Assembly: GCA_035084275.1 (NCBI GenBank)
Contig: CM068750.1
Location: 5,704,001-5,768,000 of the forward strand
From: Hydrolagus colliei
Taxonomy: Eukaryota
DNA length: 64,000 nt
Reading direction: 5' to 3'
Made by a program: the position numbers and the translations under genes. Position 1 is the stretch's first letter, and each line of letters starts with the position of its first letter. The notes under the pieces were generated by a model. It worked only from the letters and a program-made list of their open reading frames with translations. It was not told where the DNA came from and ran no database searches. Positions 14,101 to 26,680 of the stretch are shown here, piece by piece.

Positions 14101-17100
14101 CCTGACTAACTCGAAAATCACCAACCACTCACTTCAAAGAAAACACAGCTGCAAGTGACGCAAATACCATTAGGGAGAAAATGAATAATTTTTTTTAAAA
14201 AGATTATCATATTACAAAATCAGACTGCAGGTGCAAGTTGTTAATTTTGCAACTCATAGTTTAAGCCTGGGAGACAAGGACTTGCTAGCACTTTGCTCTG
14301 AATCACAGCATTGTTAGACCACTATTAAACATGACAGTCTAGGACCCAGTTAAATGGAAATTCAGTGCTGCTGGTTTAGAACAAATATGAGAAAGTAGTC
14401 TGGAGAGAAAGGACTTGACATCAATTATTGAAGCCAATTCAGTATTATGTGGAGGCAATGGAGAAAGCGGCAGTCAATGGGATCATGTTCAAAATTCTTT
14501 TTTGCATGCTGACAGCGAAAACCCAATAATGCACAGAAAAAAACACATAGTTTAGAGGGCGGTATGATCCGATTTGTGTAAGGCAATGGGCTACGTATGG
14601 ACTTCCCAATGCCTAGTGCGCTCTGCCGCCATGTGGAATGATATATTTGGTGAGGTCGTCACTTATCTAGCAATTAAGTTTGTCAATGTAATCCCATCGC
14701 AGCACAATTTAATTTGGCAATTTTTTGTGCTAATTTGGTGCCAGTTTTTAAGAAGACGACAGAACAAAAGGCACAGTGGGCCAAGTCACTGGCCAAATGA
14801 CCTGAATCTATCAGATATTATTGAAATATACGGTTTGTGCTCTTCCCTTGTTCATGCCCAAAGAACCAATGAGAATAACTGCACGACTTCCTTGATGGAT
14901 TTTATGCTGGCTGAATTCTTTTTTTTAAATGCTTAATTAGGTTTTTCCTGAATGATTCTAAAGGAACACCTGTGGTGTGTTTCTGAGGCCAGTTCTCTGA
15001 TTTAACCAGGTCAATGGTGTGTTTATCTGTAATTGTTGCTTAGTGTAAGCAAGCAGGACGCAGAAGTAAAACAAAATTAACTACAATACTAAGCATTGAC
15101 TTCATTGAAAAATACATTATGGACTCCCAATTACCCAGCAATCAGTAGCCTTTCACAGATACATTATGTAATATTGAAACGCTGATTAATTCCACATAAG
15201 GAGGCAAATTGCTGCTCATTTGAATGTACAAAGTGCTCCAATTAATAGAAAACGCATTGGAATCATCGTTTTCCATTCCATCTAGATTTTCCAAATCCAG
15301 GTTTGCTGAAAATAAAATCTTTATCATCACCCAAACATTGATTTTCTGAGGTATTATTATATCCAGAGGCTTAGCGATTTTCCATTTAATTTGCTCGCCT
15401 GTATGTGTATATGTCTATGTGTCACAAATCTGCTTGCAGTAAAAATTAATGCACCTTATAGAATTAAAAGCTTAATGGAATTTTAATTTGATTTTCTGTG
15501 TTCTCGTGCTAAGCCTGGTACAAAACCTTATTTTAAAATTTGCATGAAGACACATGATCCCTAGCAATGAGGATGACAAATTGACTAGTTTATGTTTAAT
15601 TGTACTTTGATACAAACTGGGGTGAAAACTGGGGTGAAAAGAATAACTGTGCGGGGGATAATGAAGAATGTAATTAATTGTAAATATGTATGGATATGCA
15701 AATTATTTGATTGCACAACTCGTGCTTAAGGACACAAATGCAAAGAAGTGTACAGTTAACAGTAATGATTTCTGCCAGTAGATTAAGAACGGGAAAAAAT
15801 CTCGACATCTAACTTGATGAGGGAATTGAGTGCAGTTGTAAGCACTCGTATCTTCAAATAGACGATTGAAGCTTTGGAGGTGATTCAGAAAAGAGCTAGA
15901 AGCATGGTTTTGAGACTTAAATCTCAAAGAAAATTGAAAGGGAAGACTGATCAAAGTCTTTAAATGATGAAGAGACAGCTTTGTTTCTGGTTCCAGAGTG
16001 ACCATAAAGTCCTGGTACTCCTTTTCAAAAATATATACAGTATATATAGTGCACTGACCAACAACTGAAACACGTGGAATAATGATGATAGTTTGTATAT
16101 AGAAGTAACTAATTGTATTCAGTATAAGTGTTTAAGTGTAATTAGACGCCCAGATCGGTGTGTGTGAGTGCCATGATGTTCATGGCAAATAATGATTTGC
16201 CGCTATGTTTGGTGCCACATCTTCCATATCATGGATGTAATTATATCATGAGGCGTAATGCATCTCAGACAGCCTGTGTCAGCTACTCCGTAATCTCATA
16301 TCACAAAACAGTGGATTTTGTGGACACCCTATACACTCTTATATTGGAAGTAGTTCCACCTTATTAACAAACGTCCTAAAAGTTGGTCATCTTTGCAACA
16401 AATAGCTGAGTCCATACGCATTAAATTAGACAAAGAATATTATCTTTACTACTATTTTCTTCCCTAGAATAAACAGTATAGGCTGCGCTTTACTCCACAT
16501 AATAAATATATTAATTGTCTTAAATAAATACTTTTGATACAACTTTTCTATTTCTTCACAACCAGAAACACAGATGGAACCTGCTGCCGAAAAATCTTTT
16601 GCAGTGATATCAGCCGCTTATGTCGACAATTTAGCTATATATATATTTTACTGCTATATATATTTATATATATATATTACTGCTCGTATGTTGCATGTGA
16701 ATACTCATGGATTGGGACTGAGGTCAGAAGTGGTGGGCGAGTGGAATTATTTCTCGTCAGTTACCTTGACACACTGCATAAGATAAAGATTGATTAAAAG
16801 ACCTCAAAACGGAATATGTGTCAGCTGTTCCAGGAAGAAAGCATTTCAAAATCCTAAATCGCATTAAATCGGAATAAAGAAGAACTAATCGTTTTTAAGT
16901 CAGATTTTAAACCAATCCATCTTGACTGCAAAAAACAATAATGTCCCTTTTAGGAAAATGCCACAACATAATGAAACAATCTGACACATCTCATCCATTC
17001 AGCACATTTTGGCAATGATCCAATGGCAACAGAAACAACAAAAGGTTTTTATTAAGGCCATGGCCTTTCTGCCTGGCTCATGGATGTATCAGTCAAATAC

Positions 17101-17377
17101 TGAAAGTAAATGACATGCATCTGCTTGATCCAATCTCTGTGGTGGTGTAGGGCTGGGCAGCTAAGACACCCAACTTGTGGAATATCTGTCCATCGCTTCA
17201 CATTATACTTTCATGTCACATTCAGAGACATACATTACTTATCCAAAAGCATATAGATCTTAGTTTAGAGTATACATTGGGAGTAACTGTAGGGGGGAAG
17301 CTATCTGCTGATGAAACTGTACAATTCTTACCCCACAGTCTCATACATTGCTTTCGTAGTGTCAAGCTTTTATTTTA

Positions 17378-17565
17378 ATAGAATCATCAGAAGGAGGCCA
17401 TTCAGTCAATCGTGTCTGTGCCGGCTCTGAAAAAAGCTGTCCAACTCAATACCACTGGCTCGGTTCCTCTCCATAGCTCTGCAATCTTGTCCTCCCCAAA
17501 TACCCATCTACTTCCCTCTTAAAAGTTGTTATTGAATCGGCTTCCACTACCCTTTCATGTAATGC
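17378..17565 (-). mobile_element. CR1 LINE 3' end
   Basis: Minus strand reads VVEADSITTFKREVDGYL, then a GACTGAATGGCCTCCTTCTG CR1-type 3' UTR. Confidence 0.8.
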
Positions 17566-20500
17566 ATTTGTTCTGCGTTTTATTTGAGAGAGGGAGAAAG
17601 GTGGAAGGGGCAAGAGGGGTGGACTGAGGGGGATGGGGAGAAGAGTAGAGATTAAGAACATAATTCAATCCTGAATTGATAACCCGCAAGTCTATATAAC
17701 AGACCAGAACTCAGCTAATGTTTAAATCCTGGTGGCACAATTTCCCAAGGAGAAACTTACATACATGTCACCCAAGTAGGCCAAAGGCATCACTGTAACG
17801 TGACTTACATCTCATGCCTGACTGACAGGTGGACTGTTGCCCAAAACTGACAGGATGCCACTAAATATCATGTAAACACGAGCTGGAAAAGTGTTATTAA
17901 GCACACATGCTGGCAGATATAGGAATTGCTGAAAGTGGATTCCTCTTCATGAACTTTGCAAGGTGCACAAATTAGCCATGAGAATTTTGTTTTGACATTG
18001 CCCACATCTGGGGAAGGTCACATGCAGCTTAAAAGAGAAACACATTTCATGCTCACTAAATGGATGCTACTCCGCTGACTTTGGGTGTGAAGGCTGTGTT
18101 TTTGGTGATAACCAATTACAGTACTAAGTAATTTCATAAACCTTCTGCGCCGAGAAGACTTATGCTTCGTAGCACTTCATTGCTTCTTGTGACATAATGG
18201 AAAAATAAACCTTGCAATTAGTTTACACTGCAATGAGAATGCTCTTTCTACGAGTGAGAAGGATAATATGCGCAGGAAACTAAAATTCTCCTACAAAGCT
18301 GAAATCATTTTGTCTTGGCACTGTTTCGTTCTGTTACAGTAGACTTTGTCAATTTTGTTACTGGCAGACATGTCTGCAAGAGTTGGAAAAGAAACAGTCA
18401 GTTCAAAATATGGACAACCATCCCCATCTGAAATGTTAAAAGGCAATTTTCAATCTGACGATTTAAAATATATTAAACGGTGGGGGCGCCATTTAGATGT
18501 TTCAAATGGCTGCATGTATGTCTGTTAGGTCTGATATGAATTTCATGTTTTGTTTATTCTGAGGGGATCGCTTCCCAATAATCCTGTCAATGAATGGTAA
18601 CAAAGCCACCTTTGTAAGGTAGCTTTTTAGTTTTCAGCATTTGGGTTTGTAGGGGGTCCAGATAATGGTCAGCAGCTGGCAGTTTGTTAAACAAAGAGAT
18701 TAGAGCTCAAGGAATGGAAGTATAAAGGCCTGGCGTTATCTATATTCCTGTGATGTGCTTGCTGAAAGCATAAATCATTTTCAGCTAAGAAAGCAACCTT
18801 CATGTCTAAAGGTATCCACCCACCAGTATTATTTTTTAAATGGTGCAGTCCTGAAACTAAGCAGATTGTGTGAAACATTCCTAAAGTTACTCGGTGTTCA
18901 CTGACTTTAGGCTTTCTGCCACTCTTAGCACATATTTAGGGTCCAAAATTATGTGTGGGCCTAATAGATGATTCTGTAATCCTTTTCATTGTTTAATTAT
19001 ATAATTTAAGGCACCTGCATGGCTTTCATTATGGCTAGCTCATGGGCTATTATCACAACCCACCTTTTAGATCAAAATAGTTATTTTCTTCCATTTAATT
19101 ACATGAGAAATTACACTCACTTACTAGGACCCAAACCAGATATTGGGCAGGAGGCAAGACCACGACTTTACTGCTGAAGAAAACTCTTTAGAAACCTTAA
19201 TATCTGGCAAAATAAAATGTAGCATTGGTTTTAGAAACACACACATATATTTTGGGTGTACAATAAAATGAAAATTTCCAATTTGCCATTAATTCCTGAC
19301 CAAGTGAAGCAACAACAGCAACAACAAAAAATTACATTTGTATAGCGCCTTTCACGTCGGGAGGCGTTGAAAGCTGAACAGGTGAGGACCGCCCCCACCA
19401 CCCCACCCAAGTGGCAATTACTTTACTGATTGGTTTAAGGAGACTTGAAAATGCAGTGTTTTCATACTGTTTTCATAACCTGAGCATCATGATATCATTG
19501 CCAATGTGCATCTATCATCAGTCATAAGTGAAAAATATTTTCGCACTTGTGACAACTCCTCAGCCAAACACGGTAATTATTTTAATCCAAGGGTATGATT
19601 TACCTCCCTTGTGTTTAGGTGCAAAGGTTTATGTACACGAAGGATTCCCCCATTCTAAATTCCAACCTCACATTTTCAAATGCAGCCACAAAATAGTGGA
19701 TTAAACATCCTTAAGTACTCAAGCTTACCACACCGAACAAGAAGTCTGAAACGACACATAAATAATGCATCTTCTTTTTCCCGTTTTTAAACATTTCCAC
19801 CCCCCTACACACACACACACTATTCCACTTCCATTTCCTCCAAGCCATTCACAATTTCCTTTTAATCTTGTTATCTCTATACTGCAGCCCTGTCACACTT
19901 TGTGAGTTTCCATACCCACAGTAAGCAAGGCCTCATCGCAGATCAAGTATGTTCAGGTTTCCATTGATTCCGAGTACTTTGTATAGCTGATACTTTAGTC
20001 CTGCATCATTTTCAGCTAAAGCCGTATTATAATTATAATTCTGTTGTCACTAACAGTCCAGATTCGTAACTGACACATATGAAGTAAATAATTACTGTGG
20101 GAGATGGCCATATCGGCTATCTGACACATTTGATTCCTGATAAATGCATACAAAGCTAGCTTGCCAAGCCTTTTCATGCTTGATTAGGAAATCTGTAAAT
20201 TGTAGGCAGAAATTGCTAAGAGACATCAAAAAAACACACTGATAAAAAAAACGTGATTGAAGTTCTAAAATGTTTTTGCCGTTTCAAGGTGAAAATTGCC
20301 ATTCAATGAAGCACAATTAGTATGCTGAGGATTAAGCACAGTTTTATGATCTCCCTTAAAATTTATGTTTGCGACATCCTACTTTTCTCTCAAATTGCTC
20401 TATCTGTGCTAGAGTAACTGGTTTATCCTCTGACTTTTATTACACCAGCTCTAGGGTTCCCCAGAGCTCTATTCCCTCTCCTAGTCCTTCTCCAGATCAA

Positions 20501-21133
20501 TGTTTTCCTAAAAATATTCTTTTAAAAATAATTAAGTGGTCACTAATTAAACAATTCTGACATTAACGCACGGATTGTTGTCTTTGGAAGTTCTGTAAAA
20601 GCTCTGTACTTTGGAAAACATTAAGGACGGTCTATCCGTTAATTTACAGTATCATTATCTCTCATCATGTTTAGCTTTATATCTGCACTACCTTTTTTAA
20701 ATACATAAAGAAATATACAAATTAGGCATAATCATAATTAGCCATTTACTGCCAGGCTGCTTGTGGGAGATTGCTCTGGGTGAATTGCCTGCAGTGCTTG
20801 CCGACAAAATACGCCGTCACTGCACTTGAAACCAAATTCTGTGAAATACTGTACTTGGAGAAACAATTCCTGTGATAATAAATACACAGGACACAAAACT
20901 ATAGGAGAGAAGAATCAATCGTACAGTGGTATAAAAATCTCCATTTTATCTCCATACTTTCAGCCATCAGACCCCGAAACTCTTCCTTTATCCCTTCCTT
21001 TTGCCCCCTCCTTCCCCATCTTCAGAACATGATTGAAGAACTTCCTCTTCATTCGCCACTGTCAAGCGGTCAAGGTTGCTACCCTGCATGAGGGGTGTGT
21101 GCTATATAACTGCAAGTTGTTTATTAGTCGTTT

Positions 21134-21575
21134 ACCTCATCTATCTACTGGGGACACTACAGCCGTCTGGCCTCAACATTGATTTCAGCCATTTCAGGCC
21201 ACAGGAGTTCCCCCCCACCCATCACAATCATAACTCCAAACACCCCTTGCCTCTCTGGTGTTTTGTTTGTTCTATCACCACTAAACACCTTCTCCCCAGT
21301 TTTGTTTAAACCCACCTCCTTCTGTTTCTCCCCCTGAAGTCGTTAACACATATTCAACCCATCAGTTAACACACTCTTTTTTCCTTTTCCTTTGTCTTCT
21401 TTGTCTCCTTTGTCTTCCATGTCCTGCCTCTCCCCCTTTAACATCCTGAAGAAATCTCTCTCTCCAAACAAGCCCCAGTTCCGACGAAGGGTTGTAGACC
21501 CGAAAAGTTGACTCTTTTTCCTTTCTCCATGGATGCTGCCTAACCTGCTGAGTTTCCCCAGCAACTTTTGTAGTT
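21134..21575 (+). mobile_element. Penelope-like element 3' end (GIY-YIG C-terminus plus terminal repeat)
   Basis: YLIYLLGTLQPSGLNIDFSHFR fits the PLE endonuclease C-terminal motif; a pyrimidine-rich spacer and a terminal segment also seen inverted at 3750-3841 follow. Confidence 0.75.
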
Positions 21576-24265
21576 GTTTATCTGTTGTTTATCAGGAAAG
21601 TAAAATACAGCTGTCCCCTTATGCACATCAAATATGTTTACGATAGACGCATAAACTGAAACTGGATAAATGTTCTCACATAACATCTAAAAAAAATGAA
21701 GTCATCAACAGAAAGAAATGCAAACCCCTTACAATCTTCAGATATTGAATCTACAGTTTATCGTAACCTGGCAATGAGTCTCAAAAACTGTCGAATGATT
21801 CTAATTACAATATAGTATTATCATTTAAGGCTACCTCGTAACCCCTTTTCATGTAAAAAGTTTGAAGTTTTGAAATCCAAACTGCGTGTTCAATGTGGTT
21901 CTATTATTAGAAACCATAATGGGGGGTTTTGTTTGCATTGGAATCAGGGACAGATGAATGAGGAACTGGGGCTAATGAATAAAAAGCAGTTAAGTCATTT
22001 TGGTGATTGCGAGACTTGAAGAGGGAATAGAAAAAATGGTTCCAATCGGATTCTTTCTGTAGCCACATATATCTCAGCACCTACTAATCACAGCATTACG
22101 AGGATTAGAAAGCTATTAGCTATCTGCCTGGAACAGTTAAGAAGGAAATTTAATGGCAGCAATAAGGCTATATACCCATAGCTGTAATTTTGCTCAATGT
22201 TGCAATTACTTTAGATGATGTGCTAATATTCATTATTACACTAAAACAGATTTAAGTACTGCGCCAACAAATTGTTTTTGATATAAAACCTTCTTTAATC
22301 AAGTGTTTTTTCTTACATTAACATCATTAAGATCTCGTGCTTTTACCTTATGTAGATTATTTTCTTTTTCCTAAAGGATTTTTTTTGGAACAAATGACAT
22401 TGAATGTGTACATGGCACCATTGATACACTGAGAAACAGTGAATAATTTACACTATTCTTTTATGCAGAGTTTTAAATGACTGCTAATATTGTTAGGAGC
22501 TCGATACAATAAGGTTGGTCCTGGTTCTTCTTTTTAACTGAGTTAATAGGAAAATGTTCATGACAGGTGCAGTTGATAATGTGGTAAATACATGCATGAT
22601 AACAGGAACAGCAAGAACGAGTCCAGGACTTTGAGCTTGAAATTATGAGGAAAGCCTTAAAGATCTGAGGCTATTCTCGTTGGTCAAACAGGAAATAGTG
22701 ACTATTCCAGAGCTTTGGAATGAAGCGAAGCTTTTTGACTTGAACAGTGAGAGCAGGATTAAAAACTATCAATAGAGAAATGGATAAAAATCAATTGATG
22801 CTGATTCCACTAACTCTTTCACAAAACGATTGGATAAGCATCACTCAAGAATATTATTGGAGGATGTAGCCTTAGGTGCAGATCAAAATCATTATAATCC
22901 TTGCATTTTGTAATAGCACCTTTCACATTGTCGAGATGGGATTTTACTGTGAACAGTGAAGTGAAGTCTGTGGCAGAGTACGGTTTAAGTGGCAAGTGAA
23001 GGACAGACCTTGACAGTCTGAATGATCTTTTCCACTTCCATACTTTATTAGCAAAATTCCAATGTAAGGAACCTAAGCACTTTGTGACGTCGATAAGATG
23101 TGAAAAGCGCTGTATCAAATGCAAGGGTTATTATTATTATTATTTGATTCAGGAATAGGATAACTGGATCAGCAGTCAAACATTAGGCTGTATTTACAGT
23201 TTTAAAACTGACTTTTTTTTAACACATTGTGTTTCAAAGGATCGAGTTTCCTTTAGCTCTTATCTTCCATATTTTCCCATTCAAGCAACAAACAAAGTAG
23301 GCACTGCAAAAATACTTCACCTGAACAAAAGAGTTGAAGTGGTTTATTACTGTGCACCTGCATAGGTCATCAACATTGGCTGAGCTACTTTGAACATTTT
23401 TTCTATTAGTTCAGTTAAAACATGAAACAGGGCGACAATAATGGTCTTTCTATCCCCTTGTTATGTATAAGGGTCGAACCTTGCCCTTTGTAGAACCACA
23501 GAACACCTGGTAAACATAATGTGTGAACTGGGTGTTTTCTGATTCAATGGATATCACCAGCTCATCTTTAATTCTAATTATTATTATCTTCACAATCACA
23601 TCTGTCTTCAGGTTGTGCAGGTCAGTAGGCCCAGATCCCTTCATCCAAGGCATCAATTGATTACCTTGTGAAGATTGTTGTCTTTTGTATTCAGAATTTT
23701 TTTTTGCTTCTTACACAATTATAATAGTGTTACTCTTCGACTTGCCAAACTGAGGTTACTGCCTTTAATGCATCACTTGTGAACCTTATCTGCCCCCATC
23801 ATAAATGAAGCTCTGCCACACATTATTTAAGTCAGCCATAGAAATGATCCTGTGTTCAACAAACTCCCAACCATTACTTATTACATGTGCGAGACAGGTG
23901 AGACTTCAACAAAGCACAAACAACAAGAACAACAAGTGACATTTGTATAGTGCCTTTCATATCAGGAGGATGAACAAAGGTACTGAAATCAATATCAATA
24001 GCTAAATATTGTAATATTCGAGGATATTAATAGAGATTGTGGAGATCGACTTTCATGTACTAATGGACATAGTGCTTAGCATAATCCTACAAATATAGTG
24101 GTTATCTTTCAATACTTAAGGTGATATAGTGGTAAATTATTTTTAAATAACAGGTCGGAGAATGAAATACCAGTGTTATAGTTTGTTAAAAGAGATTTTT
24201 CTATGATTTCCATGTTTGTGGACTGAGGAGAAACTCACAGCCGCTGGCAGGAGTTAACTAAGATC

Positions 24266-24345
24266 TGCCAGGTTTGTCAGATGTGCCCAGTTTATCAGAT
24301 GTTCCCAGTTTGTCATAGTCTCAAATGTGCCCACTGCGTCAACAT
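24266..24345. repeat. Degenerate ~17-bp tandem repeat (CCAGTTTGTCAGATGTG)
   Basis: Three to four decaying copies visible. Confidence 0.6.
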
Positions 24346-25129
24346 TGCCATCTGTACAAAACATTCCAGCTGTGTACAGTACACCAACTGTGTTTCACAC
24401 AAAGCTGTTTACTCTTTGTGATGTATATTTATCTTCAATCTAACTACATGTGTTGGAAAGTGCCAGACTAAGGCATATGTATTTTAAACTGTGTCCACAA
24501 ATTTCTATTCTATTTGTACAGAGACTCCGGGTGATAACATGAGTTGCCATTGCCTTATTCATTTTGGCATTGAGCCACACGTATAAAATAGCCAAGATTA
24601 TATTACAACACAATATAATTGACACTTATACAGCACCTTTCACGTTGGCTGGATGTCACAAAATGTTTCATAGTACTGCCTGGGCACCCAAGCCGGAGAG
24701 GGGGGGAATATATGATCAACACACTTTTTATTTAAAATCTAAAGTCGCTATTAAACTGGCAATTCTCATCTAGCAAAGATGTGATACTCATCTGCTGCTA
24801 CTCAACTACCAGTCACAAATACGGTTCTGTAAACTTTGTGGCAACGGGCAAACCACAAGTATACTAGAACATCAGTCAGTTGATTAGACAGCAAGCTAGA
24901 ATATGGAAGTGAGAGATTACAGGGGAGAAAACAGGAAACTCAAATGAAATTCTTCTGGTTCCAAACGCAGCGACGTATAAGTTTCTAATAAGAAAACAAG
25001 AGTGAGTTTGAATTTGCTAACTTTCTAAACAAAACAGGGCATGAATTTAATGCACTCGTTATGTTGTGCGTTATTTTCTTCCATTTTCTCCCCTCTCCTG
25101 GAGGCACTTGATTGATTTTCTTTCTACTG

Positions 25130-25320
25130 GGAGTGTGCTTTCCACAGGCACCTTTGCCCAAGTGGCCATTGTTCACGTGCGAGTTCTGACAGCGAGTCTT
25201 GGCAGGTTACTCGAATTAGCCCATGGGCACCGAGGCTAATTGCATCACCCCTGGTGCCTGAACCAGCTGAGATCATTTCTAACTGAGCACAAAGCAAGGA
25301 TCTAACCCGAGCTCAGCTGC
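25130..25320 (-). mobile_element. Old chondrichthyan SINE fragment (different family)
   Basis: Minus strand reads GATCTCAGCTGG...CAATTAGCCTCGGTGCCCATGGGCTA...AATGGCCACTTGGGC, a motif order I recall from shark SINEs. Confidence 0.5.
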
Positions 25321-26439
25321 TCCCAGAATCAACCCTTTCAAGATTAAATGAGTTCTTATTTTAATAAAATGAAATAAAATAATGTTGTTTTTAACCTGCA
25401 AAATTCAGTTTTAGTTTTACAGAATTTGAACACACTTTTTGGGTATATTATGTACACCATTATAGATCGCAAAATCAGCACTTAAAATCTGGTGTGATTT
25501 TTATTATTATTATTAAAGTCAATTCAATTTGCAGTATATTCTGTGAAGTGCTTTGAGATGTCTTGAAGACGTGATAAGGGAGCTATGTCAAATGTAAGGA
25601 TTATTATTTTTTCATTCTTTCCTGAGAACATGTCTGAGACGGTTTGACAAACGCACCCGGTCTCTTGATGCCTGATCCACAAGCTGGACAGTGTTAAAGT
25701 GCCCATTGCTAAACAGATAGAACATGAGCCGAGGTAACGGAATGCCTATTCAAGCATATTCAGTTGCTATGTGCAGCAGGTAATGGTCCATTCAAAATTC
25801 TTGTCAGGAAGCTGTGGGAAACCTGGACATGCGAAGACTTCCATACCTTCACTGCAGGTAACAGAATGAAGAATTGCAAAACAGTATGTGAAAGACCAGA
25901 ATCATGGATCTACTATCAGTCACCTAAATTGAACGCTAAATTCAATATAAGAGAATGTGCTGGGGATGAGGTAGAATAGTTCCAGTTGAACAATAATGAG
26001 CGGTTCTTTGGCTTTAGTAATGATGAGTGTTTGTTTCTTAACAGCAGTAGATCAATGCATACCCTGCATTTTGGATTCTGTTTAGTTTTGTACAGTACTT
26101 CACTGTATTGGCTATTTAACTGGCGTTAAAAGAAGTTAAAGGACCAGATTGTAGTAATAGTTAAAGTTGCCTGAAGGTGACAAAGTCTAGATTGTATCAA
26201 GAAGATCCTAAAATGTGTTAATTTACTGTGTGGTTTTGTGTTTTTGCACTTCGTTCAATCACTGAATTAGTTTTCAACCCAACAGGCTAATTTGCTAAAT
26301 GGACAAGAGACCGGATGAAATTTATGCCATTGAACAATGATGTTCATTTTGACATAAACTGAATCCAACTGTTGTTTATCCTTTACTTCCTAACTTTAAA
26401 TAATCCATGAAATTGATGAAGAATTGATGATGGAAACAC

Positions 26440-26680
26440 ACTCCTCGCGGGTCTCCCCAGCTGCACTATTCAAAAAGTCCAGCTCATTCAGAACTCCGCA
26501 GCCCGCCTACTTACCTGGACCAAATTACCAACCTCCATCTCACCAGTTCTGGCCAGGCCCCACTGGCTCCCCATCACAGAACGGATCGATTTCAACATCC
26601 TCACAATTCAAAACCTCTCCCTCCCTGTCACCTCCCTACCTCTCCGACCTCCTCGCTTCCCAATCCACCAATCCATAAAC
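26440..26680 (+). mobile_element. LINE2 ORF2 C-terminal fragment
   Basis: Reads VQLIQNSAARLLT...HWLPITERIDFNILT...PPYLSDLL with frameshifts. Confidence 0.8.

Noticed and set aside
14574-14936. 120-aa plus-strand ORF in the gene-free region
   Set aside because: Non-ATG start, no family resemblance and no clear splice boundaries.
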